A DNA stretch of 64,000 bases. Origin: Alphaproteobacteria bacterium. Its GTDB lineage: Bacteria; Pseudomonadota; Alphaproteobacteria; G965222575. Shown in pieces: positions 1-10,679 of the stretch. The notes below the pieces were generated by a model. The model was not told the DNA's origin and made no database searches. It saw only the letters and a list, made by a program, of their open reading frames with translations. A program made the translations under genes and the position numbers. Where the stretch lies: contig OZ244958.1 of assembly GCA_965222575.1 (NCBI GenBank), positions 352,001-416,000 of the forward strand, written 5' to 3'. Every line of letters starts with the position of its first letter. The stretch's first letter is position 1.

Positions 1-3000
1 TTGATACAAGCGTATACACACAAAATACGCCGGCTGAGGCTGAGATAATTGTTGCTATTGTTTCGCTTGCTAATGCTGCTAATACTGCTGCTAATAATGC
101 TAATACTGTTGCTAGTGACGCAGAAAGAACATTGGAGGCTAAAAAGACTTCCGAGCTAAATACCCATAAAACAACGGCACTGGCAGAAAGAGGCAAGGCA
201 GAAAGGGCGAAAAATGACGCCTTAGGAGAGCAAGGGAAGGCGGACGCTGCTACCTTGTCCTCCGCCGCTCAAAAACCCGCCGCTGACGCTAAAACTGCTG
301 CCTCTGACGCTAATACAGCCGCTTTAGCGGCGAGAGTGGCGTCTGATTTAGCCCAAGCCATCGACCCTGAAAGTCAGCAGGCCATTGATGCGGATACAGC
401 GGCTGGATTGGCAGAGGGCTATGCTAGGGAAGCGAAAACCGCCTCTGGGCTTGCTGCTAGGGCTCTAAACTTTTTATTAACTAAAGACGCTAAAGACAAA
501 GCAACACAATTGAAGAGATATTTAGCAACGGCACTGAAGCAAAAGGGGTTCGCGGAAGCCGCACAGGGTAGAGCGGAAGCCGCAAAAGAGGCGGCGGAAG
601 CGCTTGATGCTACTGCCGCTACAGCGCGGGAACAAGCAGGCAAAGCGGCGGCGGAAATCCCTAAAGCGGAAGCTGCCGCTAGTTGGGCACATAAGGCTTC
701 TGATGAAGCACAGAAACTCGCAGCCGTCAATGCTGGAGAGGCCGCAGATGCACTTACAGCGGCAAATGATGCAGATAAGGCGGTCGAAGCCACGAAAAAG
801 GCAAGCACTGCCGCTCATAATGCCCTAAACACAAAAGGGACTGCGGAGCTAAGTACCCATAAAGCAACGGCACTGACGCAAAAGGGGTTGGCGGAAGCCG
901 CACAGGGTAGAGCGGTAGCCGCAAAAGAGGCGGCGGAAGCGCTTGATGCTACTGCCGCTACAGCGCGGGAACAAGCAGGCAAAGCGGCGGCGGAAATCCC
1001 TATAGCGGAAGCTGCCGCTAGTTTGGCGCTTACGGCTTCTCATGCAGCACAGAAACTCAAAGACATTGATGCTGGAGAGGCCGCAGATGCACTTACAGCG
1101 TCAGCGGCAGCAGCGGCTGCGGTCAAAGCCACGAAAGAGGCAAGCACTGCCGCTAATACTGCCCTAAACACAAAAGGGACTGCGGAGCTAAATACCCATA
1201 AAGCAACGGCACTGGCGAAAAGGAATTTGGCGGAACAAGAGAAACAGGCGGCGATAGATGCTACCGATTCCGTTACTGCTGCCGATGCTGCCTCTAGGGC
1301 TAAGGCAGCCGCCGCTGCCGCTGCCACCGCTGCCACAGCCGCAGGCCTCCTCAGCGACTTTGATACTACTGGAAAGGTCGCTGACGCTCTAGGTTATGCC
1401 GATGCCGCTCAAGGTTATGCCGATGCCGCTCAAACTGCCGTAGACAATATAACACGGGAAGAAACGCTAGAGGGATTTTTAGCAGAGGCACTGAGGCAAA
1501 AGGGGTTGGCGGAAGACGAGCTAAATAAAGCAGAAAACGCACAAAGGTTGGCGGAAGCGGATGATGCTACTGCCGTTACAGTGCGGAAACAAGCAGGTGA
1601 AGCGAGGGGTTTCGCCGGTGACGCTACAACTGCTGCTGAAGCGGCGAGAAAGGCGTCTGATGACGCCATTGCCATTGACAAGAACAGTCAGAATACTAAG
1701 ACTCAAAAAACGACGGCGGCGGCTGATAGGGCAGAGGAATATGCTGATGAAGCAGGAGAAGTTGCTACTACTGTTGAGACTGCTGCTGCTGCCGCAGAAA
1801 AAGCTGTTGCTGATGCAGAAGCCGCGAAGAATCTACTGCTCAATGGCTATTTAATAGCGGCAAATAAAGGAAAAACGGACGCAGAAACCGCGGAGGGTGA
1901 AGCGAAAACCGCACGGGATGCGGCAAAGGATGCCACCAAAACACTTGCTGAGGCGAAAACGGAAGCAGGAAACGCGAGGGATGCTGCCACTAAGGCACAA
2001 AATGCTGCTACTCCCGCTCTTTCGGCTTCTCGTTTAGCTCTAGCCTACCTAGACCAGGGCAATACGAATACGCAGGAGCAGATTGATAAAATTCATGAGA
2101 TTGCTGCTGCTGCTACTGCTGCTGATACTGCTGCTAAGAATGCTAATACTGTTGCTAGTGAGGCAGAAAATGCAGTGGAGACTAGAGCGCTAGATACCCA
2201 TAAAGCAACGGCACTGGCAGAAAAAGAGAACGCAAGACTCGCTAAAGTTGCCGCCTTAGCAGAGCAAGTGAAGGCGGAAGCTGCTACCGATTCCGATACC
2301 GCTCAACAACCCGCCGATGACGCTATCGCAGCTCTCGGTAGGGCTGATACAGCCGCTTTAGCGGCGAGAAAGGCGTCTGATTTAGCCCAAGCCATCGACT
2401 CTAAAAGTCAGCAGGCCATTGATGCGGATACAGCGGCCACCAACGCCGAGGGATTTGCAGGTGAAGCGAAAACCGCCTCTGGGCTTGCTACTGCTGCTCT
2501 AAACTTTTTATTAAATAAAGAAGCAGGCACACAAGCAAAGCTATTGAAGGAATATTTAGCAACGGCACTGGAGCAAAAGGGGTTCGCGGAAGCCGCACAG
2601 GGTAGAGCGGAAGCCGCACGGGATAAGTTGGCGCAAGCGGATGATGCTACTGCCGCTACAGCGCGGGCTGAAGCAAAGAAAGCAGAGGCGGAAATCCTTG
2701 AGGCTGTAAAAGCCGCTAAAGCTGCGCGTGCCGCATCTAATGAAGCGCAGAAACTCAAATCCGTCAATGCTGGAGAGGCCGCAGATGCGGATACAGCGGC
2801 AGATGCTGCAGATACTGCGGTCACAGCCACTCAAGAGGCCTCTAGGCTTGCTACTGCCGCCATACAAAAGGCGGTGGATCGAGAAGAAGCAGCTATAGCC
2901 GCGGCGCTAGCTGATTTTTAGCAACGGTACAAGAGAAGGTAGCAGACGCAAGAGCTAAGGCAACGGAAGCAGACACTGCGCGGAAGGCAGCAGTAGCAGC

Positions 3001-4392
3001 TGTTACTGCTGGGGATATACCCAAAGCAAAGACTGAAGCAGGAAACGCGAGGACTGCTGCCACTGAGGCTGATCGCTTGGCTAGGTTGGCGGAAGCCGCA
3101 CATAAGGACGCAAAGCTCCTAAAATCAAAAGATGGGGCAACGCTTGAGGACATTAGAAAGTTAAAGAAGGCGGCAAGAAACGCAGCCGATACTGCTGCAG
3201 GCTATGCTCTTACTGCCGAAACAACAGCAAACAATGCAGAAACCGCTAAATTAAATTCACTTTTGGCTGATGGTAAATACACAACTAAAGGCGGCAAGAG
3301 ATGCTAAACGTGCTGTTGATAAAGCATGGACTGATGCACAAGGAACATCCGTTCACGCCACAGCCAAAGCCGCTCAAACTGATGCCAATGCTGCTTTTCA
3401 AGCTGCGAAAGATGCCGCATCTGCGGCGAATACGGCGTCTGGTGACGCACAAACACTCAACGACCAAGCCCCACAGGCGGTAGAGGCAAAGACTAAAGCT
3501 CAAGAGGTAGCAAATGTGCGGGATGAGATAGAAACGACAGCCGGTCTCGTTAGTGGTAGGGTCAACGATTTGGCAGGACAAACTGATGACGAAAAAGCGC
3601 TAAATGAATATTTAGAAACGGCACTTGCGGAACAGAAGAAGGCGGAAGACGCGCGGGATGACGCCACAGCGGCACGTTTAGAGACTCAAGCCGCTCAAAC
3701 AACTTTGGATGCTTTAAAGGCACAAACGGCTTTCGCCGAAATCATATTAGCGCAAGCGGCGGCGGAAGACGCCAAAAAAGCGGCGAACACGGCATATGAG
3801 GGTGCGAAAGCCCTCGACGAAAACGCACCGCAGACGACAGCCGCGTTGGCGGCGAAAGATGCCGCATATGCGGCGTGGCTTAAAGCGAACGCCGCTTACG
3901 ATACAGCAAACAAGGTGTATAAAAAACTTCAGGCTGGCGTTAAAAAAGCTGACAAAACAAAGGTAATAATAAGTGGTTGGGCCGCTGTTGCGAGAATACA
4001 GGCAAACAAAGCAATAGCGGCACAATTGATGGCGGAAGCGGCGCAAGAGGCGGCGGCAAAGGATGATGTTACTGCTGCTCAAGCCCGGGAACAAGCAGAG
4101 ATTGCGAGGGCTGCTGCAGAGGCTGCTAAAACTGCTGCTACGGCGGCGCGCACGGCGGCAAATACGGCGGACAGACTCAACAATGAAAATAGAAACGTTA
4201 ATGATTCAAAGGTCGCAGCTGCTCAAACTGCGGCTTCGGAGGCGGAAACAGCGCTCATTGCAGCAAATACGGCGGCGGCAGCAGCGAATCTAAGTGCAGT
4301 CGCTCTAGAAATCCCCGTGCGGGCAGGCAAACAACGCCCAGCTGGACTCAGACTACAACGACGCAAAAAACAAGAGGCAAGCTGAAAATGCC
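1..4392 (+). CDS. N-terminal Ala-rich repetitive (probably coiled-coil) region of a giant surface protein; starts before the window; split by three single-base frameshifts (~2915, ~3272, ~4322)
   Basis: Frame open from nt 3. ORFs 132-2921, ~2921-3307 and 3270-4385 share composition and repeat motifs. Restoring one T in GATTTTTA (2913-2920) and removing one G near 3272 and one near 4322 joins them in frame to the S8 ORF. Confidence 0.75.
525..1230 (+). repeat. 339-nt (113-aa) intragenic tandem repeat, with further dispersed copies (about 150-520 resembles 2190-2560)
   Basis: GCAACGGCACTG recurs at 525, 864 and 1203; blocks 525-863 and 864-1202 are near-identical. Confidence 0.9.
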
Positions 4393-7300
4393 TTGGACGA
4401 AATCATAGACATTCTGTACGACATACAAACTACTCAAGACACCATAACAGCTACAGACATACAGACTAAGGCTGGGAACGCAAAACGCAAGGCTGGTACA
4501 ATCCGCGGTATAAGCAATGGCATAAACCATTATTTTCAGAAAGCAGAAGCTATAATAGACAATGAACGCAGAATGCCTGCCCCTTCGATACCTGATCCCC
4601 GTGGTGCAACAGAAACGAGAGATCCGGAGGTCCTCCACAGCCAAAACGTAAATACCGCCGAGTATATCATTGATTATGTGAATGACACGAAATGGCTAGC
4701 AAACAGAGCCGATATACTTGTTAATGAGATAGAAGCCATTGCCACTTACGCGGAAAATGCAGAGAAAGCATTTCCGGCGGGATTCACTAAGGATAAATTC
4801 ACTGTCTTCTCTTATGTGAAACCAAAATATAAAAGGAAAACGGGGAATGATGAGAGTTTCATTTACGTTTGGGGTCAGATATACTCGAACGAAGACTTTC
4901 CAGACATTAGTTACAACGTTTACCTTTGGGAGAATCTTAGAAAAAGAGGAGAACACACTGTTAAGGTGAAAACGTCTAAAATGATTTACTTAGGCTGGAG
5001 TAAGCCTTATCACCCGAAACCTGATTCTCATTGGGATAAAACAACCTGGTCTTCCCTAAGTAAGGATGAAGCGCAAGCCGTATACGATGAGCGCTATGAA
5101 AATGCTTTCCAACATATAGGCTATCGCTATAACGTAGAAATTTTTGATATGATTGGCGTAGCCCATGCCTATGCGCGCGGCATTACAGGCAAGGGAGTCG
5201 TGGTTGGCGTTTTAGATAGCCATTTTGTGGAAAAGTTAATGAAAGGGATGGTTGTCACCGATGATAGTTGGAATGACGTGAAGCTGCCATCTCTCGATAA
5301 AGACAGGGACTTTCATGGCACCATAGTCTCACGCATTATTGCTTCGGGAAAGACCCATTATAGCGGTAATACGGATGAAGATTTGGTGGCGAGTATGGTT
5401 GGGATATGGCCCCATGGCGTTGCTTATAACGCCAAAATTTTTCCTCTAGACACCAGTAGATATCATACAAGAGCAGTAGCAATTGGGAACTTTGGGGTGA
5501 CGACTTTGGAAAATGTTCCCATAGATGATATTCGAAAGGACGTCAATAGTGACTTCGCATTGTTTCACAAACACAAAAACGACATTGATATTGTGAATAT
5601 GAGTGTAGCGGATACTAAGAATCAGGAGAATAGTACATTGGAACAGCTCATTGAGTATTTCACCGATGAGGGAATCCTTGTGGTGAGTGCTCTTGGCAAT
5701 ACGAAGAGCACTAATCGAACACCGAGTACTCCTGCAGCAAGAGCTCATTTGCCAAAATTTAATGGACGATATATTGTTGTTGGCTCAGCGGATATAAGAG
5801 ATGCCTTTGTATGGCAAAAAGACCCCTCTTTAGAAGTAGAAAATTACGCGTTGCAGGTCGAGCGAGTCCATAGAACGAAATCAGCAGCCTCTTCTCGGTG
5901 GTGTCGCACTGCCAAAGACTTTTGCTTATTTGCACCTGTTGTCGTAGAGCCTCAAAGGATGGTGCATATTGCGGAAGTGGAGAGGACCAGGCGGAGCGGG
6001 CCGGATGCGGGTACTCCATCGTACTATGTAACCCCACGAAGCTCTTATGGGTTTTTCTCCAACCCGGGCCCGGGATTTGTTTGGCATCCACACACTGACG
6101 GAAGAAGTGTTGACCCAGACGGGTTTAAAAAATCATTAGATAGTGCTGGCGAGTATTATTATACTCATGCGGGCGGCTCTCTTGGCCAACTTGAAACGAA
6201 TAATCCCGCCCTTGGTACGTCTATGGCGACGCCAATGGTAGCTGGTGCTGCTGCGTTGCTGATGGAACGTTGGCCGAGTCTTGCACCAGAGGATATTGCC
6301 CAAGTCTTGCTTCAAACTGCCGATGATATAGGCGCACCGGGCGTTGATGAGGTTTTTGGGCATGGCTTACTGAATATCAGGCAGGCCTTAAGCTCTGTTG
6401 GTGTTGAGAAAGTAGCGGCTATTGGTAGCGTAAGCTCTAGCACTGCTAGCGCTGTGCCTATTACGCCAAAGCTTTCTTTCATTGTCCCATCGAGTTTAGG
6501 AGATGCTTTACACAATCAACCCTTAAGTATTACTGTACTGGATGACTTCAATAGGGATTTTTCTTATTCTCTTTACGGGGGCTTTTTAGGCTTTGCTCAG
6601 GTAAAATCCCTACAATTTTTTGTTCCTGCTGGGAAACAGGTAGCGACACGGCATACACTCTTTGGGGGACGGCTGAACTTGCATTTACAATATTGGCAAA
6701 CCCCCGGCTTAGATGTCCCGCTTCCGGATGAACTACAACAGATAATGGAGCAGAAATCTTCTGAAGAAGCGAAGCGCTCTTTGGGGCTTAGTTTCTCTTG
6801 GAGGGCTTCTGGGACTCTTTATCGTTTCGGTCTTGGCACAAAGGCAAAAGGAAAACCTTATATAGCAGGAGAAACTGTGTTAGGGCTTTATCATTCTATG
6901 CCACAAGAAACGCAGATAACGCCTAATTATTCCTTATCTGTCCAACGGTCAGTGAAGAATGTGGGGAATGTGACTCTTGGTCTCACCATGGCTAACAGGC
7001 AGTATGTTGAGCATTTTGACCAATCCTATTCACCGGGAGGGTATCGTCTTTATGTAGCGTACTCTCATTATCCTATTCAACTGGAGACGGGATATATTCA
7101 GGACTTCAGGAGTGTTGCAGGCATTACGGGACGGGAGTTATTAGATGTGGGACATGGGAAGACTTTGTATCTGAACTTGCAGACGTCTCTACATTTTCGT
7201 AGTGTCACTTTCTTGGGGAGTTATTATGTATCGCGGGCTGTGAGTGCGGAAGCAGACAGTGGTTGGTTTAAGAAACTAGAGGTGTTGAGCAGGAGTTTTG

Positions 7301-7638
7301 GTTTAGAGGGGCAATGGAGGGTTAGTGAAGAGGGGGACAGAGTGACTTTTGGCTTTAGCAGACCGCTTAGGTCTACTTTAGACATGGGGGTTTGGGATAT
7401 GGGTATCGATGAGGAAGGGCATTATCTATGGGATTTAAAACCTAGGGCACCTTCTGGGTCTGAGCGTTTGTTCTTTTTGAGCTATGAGAAAAGCGGGACA
7501 ATTCAGAGTCTTAAGCTTCTTGGAGGGTTACGGTTGGAGCGGGGCAGTTTTACCGGAAAGATTTTTCTCCTTTTCCTTTTCTTATGCAATTTGATAGACC
7601 TCTTTGGCAATGACACCATGAAAGGAAGTTTTCATTGA
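4393..7638 (+). CDS. Subtilisin-like S8 serine peptidase with C-terminal putative beta-barrel (autotransporter-like); likely the C-terminal part of the giant protein
   Basis: Catalytic motifs VGVLDS, FHGTIVS, GTSMATPMVAGAAALL; LLQTADDIGAPGVDEVFGHGLLN typical of S8 autotransporters; C-terminus rich in alternating aromatic strands. Confidence 0.85.
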   Translation: MDEIIDILYDIQTTQDTITATDIQTKAGNAKRKAGTIRGISNGINHYFQKAEAIIDNERRMPAPSIPDPRGATETRDPEVLHSQNVNTAEYIIDYVNDTKWLANRADILVNEIEAIATYAENAEKAFPAGFTKDKFTVFSYVKPKYKRKTGNDESFIYVWGQIYSNEDFPDISYNVYLWENLRKRGEHTVKVKTSKMIYLGWSKPYHPKPDSHWDKTTWSSLSKDEAQAVYDERYENAFQHIGYRYNVEIFDMIGVAHAYARGITGKGVVVGVLDSHFVEKLMKGMVVTDDSWNDVKLPSLDKDRDFHGTIVSRIIASGKTHYSGNTDEDLVASMVGIWPHGVAYNAKIFPLDTSRYHTRAVAIGNFGVTTLENVPIDDIRKDVNSDFALFHKHKNDIDIVNMSVADTKNQENSTLEQLIEYFTDEGILVVSALGNTKSTNRTPSTPAARAHLPKFNGRYIVVGSADIRDAFVWQKDPSLEVENYALQVERVHRTKSAASSRWCRTAKDFCLFAPVVVEPQRMVHIAEVERTRRSGPDAGTPSYYVTPRSSYGFFSNPGPGFVWHPHTDGRSVDPDGFKKSLDSAGEYYYTHAGGSLGQLETNNPALGTSMATPMVAGAAALLMERWPSLAPEDIAQVLLQTADDIGAPGVDEVFGHGLLNIRQALSSVGVEKVAAIGSVSSSTASAVPITPKLSFIVPSSLGDALHNQPLSITVLDDFNRDFSYSLYGGFLGFAQVKSLQFFVPAGKQVATRHTLFGGRLNLHLQYWQTPGLDVPLPDELQQIMEQKSSEEAKRSLGLSFSWRASGTLYRFGLGTKAKGKPYIAGETVLGLYHSMPQETQITPNYSLSVQRSVKNVGNVTLGLTMANRQYVEHFDQSYSPGGYRLYVAYSHYPIQLETGYIQDFRSVAGITGRELLDVGHGKTLYLNLQTSLHFRSVTFLGSYYVSRAVSAEADSGWFKKLEVLSRSFGLEGQWRVSEEGDRVTFGFSRPLRSTLDMGVWDMGIDEEGHYLWDLKPRAPSGSERLFFLSYEKSGTIQSLKLLGGLRLERGSFTGKIFLLFLFLCNLIDLFGNDTMKGSFH

Positions 7639-7782
7639 GGACATGGACATGAATCTATTTCCCCTTTTACCGTGTCTTAAATCTGCCAAGACCTGTATTG
7701 CAACTATCACAAATAAAGTCTCTTATGTTACCCGTATGGTGGTCGTGGTCGTCCCTGGTTTTTCGACGGGTCATTTAGCGCA

Positions 7783-8310
7783 TCACCAAGTCGAGAGCTT
7801 GTTCCACCGGACGTGTCCTTTTTTCGCGGGACACAATATATACGACGCATCCCGGCGGAGTCTTGAAGCACTTCGGTCCCATTCGTACCAGAAAGCCAAC
7901 CAGTTACAAGTCCTTGGTGGTTGCCGTAGCACAGCGGGGTTCATAGAAAAGACAGAACTTTTACGCGGATTGAAGTCCTGGATGAGCTTCTTACGCTGGC
8001 TAGAGTTGCCCCAGTTCTTGCCTGACTTCACCTGCGCGATGGTTCGCGCTCTCATCGTATTCGAGGTCTATACCGGATGTGCTGGACTTTCTCCCGTCTT
8101 TGGCATGTTTGCAGACCGTGATGGCGCAGCATTTGATACACCTCTTTGGCACGCATGTGGGCCAGCAGACGCGGGCCCGGAACAGAAACGGATTCTTGGT
8201 AGCTAGGTTTCGCCGACGACTGGCCGGTGAGCTTTGCTTTCACCTTCCCCGCGAACAACGCGACGCGGGCGTGGGTCACTCTCGGCGTACTGCCACCAAT
8301 AGGTGGACAT
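7783..8310 (-). pseudogene. Decayed type II restriction endonuclease, PmeII/EcoO109I-like
   Basis: Fragments in shifting frames (LATKNPFLFRA, TSGIDLEY, VKSGKNWGNSSQ) match recalled family motifs KNPYLFxAK / GIDLEF / IKSGPNWGNSSQ. Confidence 0.65.
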
Positions 8311-9033
8311 GGCTTTCCACGCTTCCGCCATCGCATCGCAATAGTCCTGCTTGGTGTCGATGCCAATGGCGTCCCTTCCCAATTCGAGCGCCGCCAACAA
8401 TGCTTACCTGCGAACGGATCCTGGCACGGTGTCTCCCTTGTCCGTGAACAGCTTGATGAACCATGCTGGCAGTGCTTCGGGAATGCGGCGGGATGCCCCT
8501 TGAAGCCACACTCAGTCGCCTGCAACACGTTCGTGGGGTATGCCATTTCGCGCCCGATCCAGTTCTCGACCCGCTTGCTGAAGCCGTTTTCGTACTTCGA
8601 TTCGTCTCGGGTGCGATCAGTGTCGGACAGGTTCCGCAACCGTGCGTCCTTCCAGTCGCACCTTACCTCTTCCTGCCGTTTGAACCTGGGGCTAACCGTG
8701 AAATGGAGCAGACGAATCACGGAAGCCATTTGCCGGGATAGCAGTTCCTCAGCAATATTCGTCGACGAGCCGCCACCCCTGCTCCCGGCGCATGGACAGA
8801 ACCAGATCACATAGGGAGCTTCTCGGTTGTTCTTGACGCATGACCCGTCCTCGGCCAAGGAATCGCGTATTCGGCACGTGGTCAAGGAACCATGTCGACG
8901 TATTTGTCCGGGTGGACGCCGCCGTAGTTTCCCGCCCGTTGATCGGCGTAGGGTGGTGATGTGACACCAGATTCACTGATCCGTGCTGCAGAACGTCCAG
9001 GCAGTCGCCGTGGATGATCCGCGCCACGCTCAT
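8311..9033 (-). pseudogene. Decayed beta-class N4/N6 DNA methyltransferase
   Basis: Frameshifted fragments IIHGDCLDVL, SPPYADQRAGNYGGVHPDKY, PTNVL..ATEC..HPAAFP, DPFAG, AALELGRDAIGID; visibly more GC-rich than the flanks. Confidence 0.8.
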
Positions 9034-9225
9034 GCCTTCACCACTTCCGCGGACAGTTGCCCTTTATTCTAGGACAGCCGCTGCCGTGCACCTGCATCAA
9101 GTAATTCTTGAAACCATTGTCTTGTATGGGAGTGTCTTACCTGCTTAGGATAGCGCGTATACTACACTGAGATAAACAAGAAAATCAAAACATTTTGTTT
9201 ATTGATGTCTGCTATTTTTTTACAG

Positions 9226-9311
9226 CGGAGAGAGAGGGATTCGAACCCTCGGTACGCATAACGCACAACGGTTTTCGAGACCGCCCCATTCAACCACTCT
9301 GGCATCTCTCC
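9226..9311 (-). tRNA. tRNA-Ser(CGA)
   Basis: Reverse complement GGAGAGATGCCAGAGTGGTTGAATGGGGCGGTCTCGAAAACCG...GGTTCGAATCCCTCTCTCTCCG; long variable arm, anticodon CGA. Confidence 0.95.
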
Positions 9312-9410
9312 ATACCTATCATACTACACAAATCAACAAACCACACCTTACCTCTTCTGTTTAAGACAGCTCCTCTCCCCCACAGATATCGGTTGATTCT
9401 TGACGCAAGT

Positions 9411-10634
9411 CTACGGCTTAGAATCCCTCTCAAGCAGATTGTCCATACTTTGGATAACGCTTTCACTTGCAGAGAGCGCTTCTTCTGTTTTCTGCGCTAT
9501 ATACTGCCAAGTCTTTACCTCTTGCTGATCCGTTGTTGAAGGCAAAGTCTCAAGCTGCTTATTGGCAATGTCAAAAATTTTTCGCAACTGCTCCGCCTGT
9601 AAGTCAATAGAATCCATATCTTCAAACACTTGTGTGCTCTCAAGTGCCTTTAGATTTGCGCTTTCAATCTCTTTTTGCGCAACGAGTTCATCACACTTTT
9701 GTTGAAGTTCCTCATTCGTGTAGGATTTTGTCCTCGCAAGAACCTCTCCCATAGCCTCACCGCGTTGAAACTTCAACTCCGCATAGGCTTGCGGAGATTT
9801 TTCCTTCTGTACAGCACTATTAAGCTTTCTGAACTTTGATAACACTTGCAGATCTGCCATGGTCGCAGGATTACTCCCTAGTTTCATGTTCTGCTGTAAT
9901 CGTTGTATTTCCTTATCAAGTGCGCGAATGTTCGCTTTTCCTTTCTTGGTCTGCGCTCGTACTCCAGAGTCTAACGATATCCCGCTACACTGACCAAGCA
10001 ATTTTAAATTTTGATGCTGCCGTAACTTCGAACAAAATGACCCAAAATGACGGGCAGCTCTTTGTGAGGCCTCAGGGCTATGCCTATTCAACCCTTTCAT
10101 ATCACTAAAAATCTTCCCCATGTCCTCAGATAAAGACTGCTCAAGAGCGTCCATGTTCCTAAAACCCTTCGCTAAGTCTTCTGTGTTCTTCATGGGAACA
10201 CCCTCTTCCCTCAGACAATCAATGGCCTTGGAAGCCTCCTGATCTTGACCAAATCTTACCTCTAAATTATACCGATCTTTTAATTCTCGTTTGCCCGACA
10301 GCCCACTATCATACTGATGAAAAGCAAAGGCAGCAACTTTCAAGTCTCTAGCATGAAGAGGCTTATCAAGTGCTATAAAGTCACCAAGCACAGCGTTCAC
10401 ATCCCCCTTTGACCATTTATGAAGTGATACCTCCTGAAAATGTTTTCTAATGGCGTCTTGTACTTTATGATTCTGAGTCGCAACTTGACTCTTACTAGAA
10501 AATTTCGTCTTAACCCAAAAAGACATTCTATCCTTCAAAGAGGACAAGCTCTTCAGTTGTTGAGTCTTCTTATCTAAGACTACAAAATCGTGACCCCTAG
10601 CATGAGCAACAGAAGAAGGCAGTGTTACAGGCAT
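9411..10634 (-). CDS. Hypothetical coiled-coil protein, paralogue family member 1 (candidate secreted effector)
   Basis: 407-aa ORF sharing a ~110-aa N-terminal domain (FVVxDKKTQxLKxLxSL...FWVKTK...KPLxARDL) with the two neighbouring genes. Confidence 0.8.
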   Translation of the reverse strand: MPVTLPSSVAHARGHDFVVLDKKTQQLKSLSSLKDRMSFWVKTKFSSKSQVATQNHKVQDAIRKHFQEVSLHKWSKGDVNAVLGDFIALDKPLHARDLKVAAFAFHQYDSGLSGKRELKDRYNLEVRFGQDQEASKAIDCLREEGVPMKNTEDLAKGFRNMDALEQSLSEDMGKIFSDMKGLNRHSPEASQRAARHFGSFCSKLRQHQNLKLLGQCSGISLDSGVRAQTKKGKANIRALDKEIQRLQQNMKLGSNPATMADLQVLSKFRKLNSAVQKEKSPQAYAELKFQRGEAMGEVLARTKSYTNEELQQKCDELVAQKEIESANLKALESTQVFEDMDSIDLQAEQLRKIFDIANKQLETLPSTTDQQEVKTWQYIAQKTEEALSASESVIQSMDNLLERDSKP

Positions 10635-10679
10635 GAGGGTTCGTTAGGGGTAGAGTTCCGTATGAGCATGTTGTGTCTC

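Noticed and set aside
7643-8885. Plus-strand ORFs 7643-8206 and 8227-8814, and the 277-aa minus ORF, as intact genes
   Set aside because: Shadow frames or frame mosaics of the decayed R-M genes.
9195-9539. 114-aa ORF
   Set aside because: Antisense to tRNA-Ser and the neighbouring gene end.
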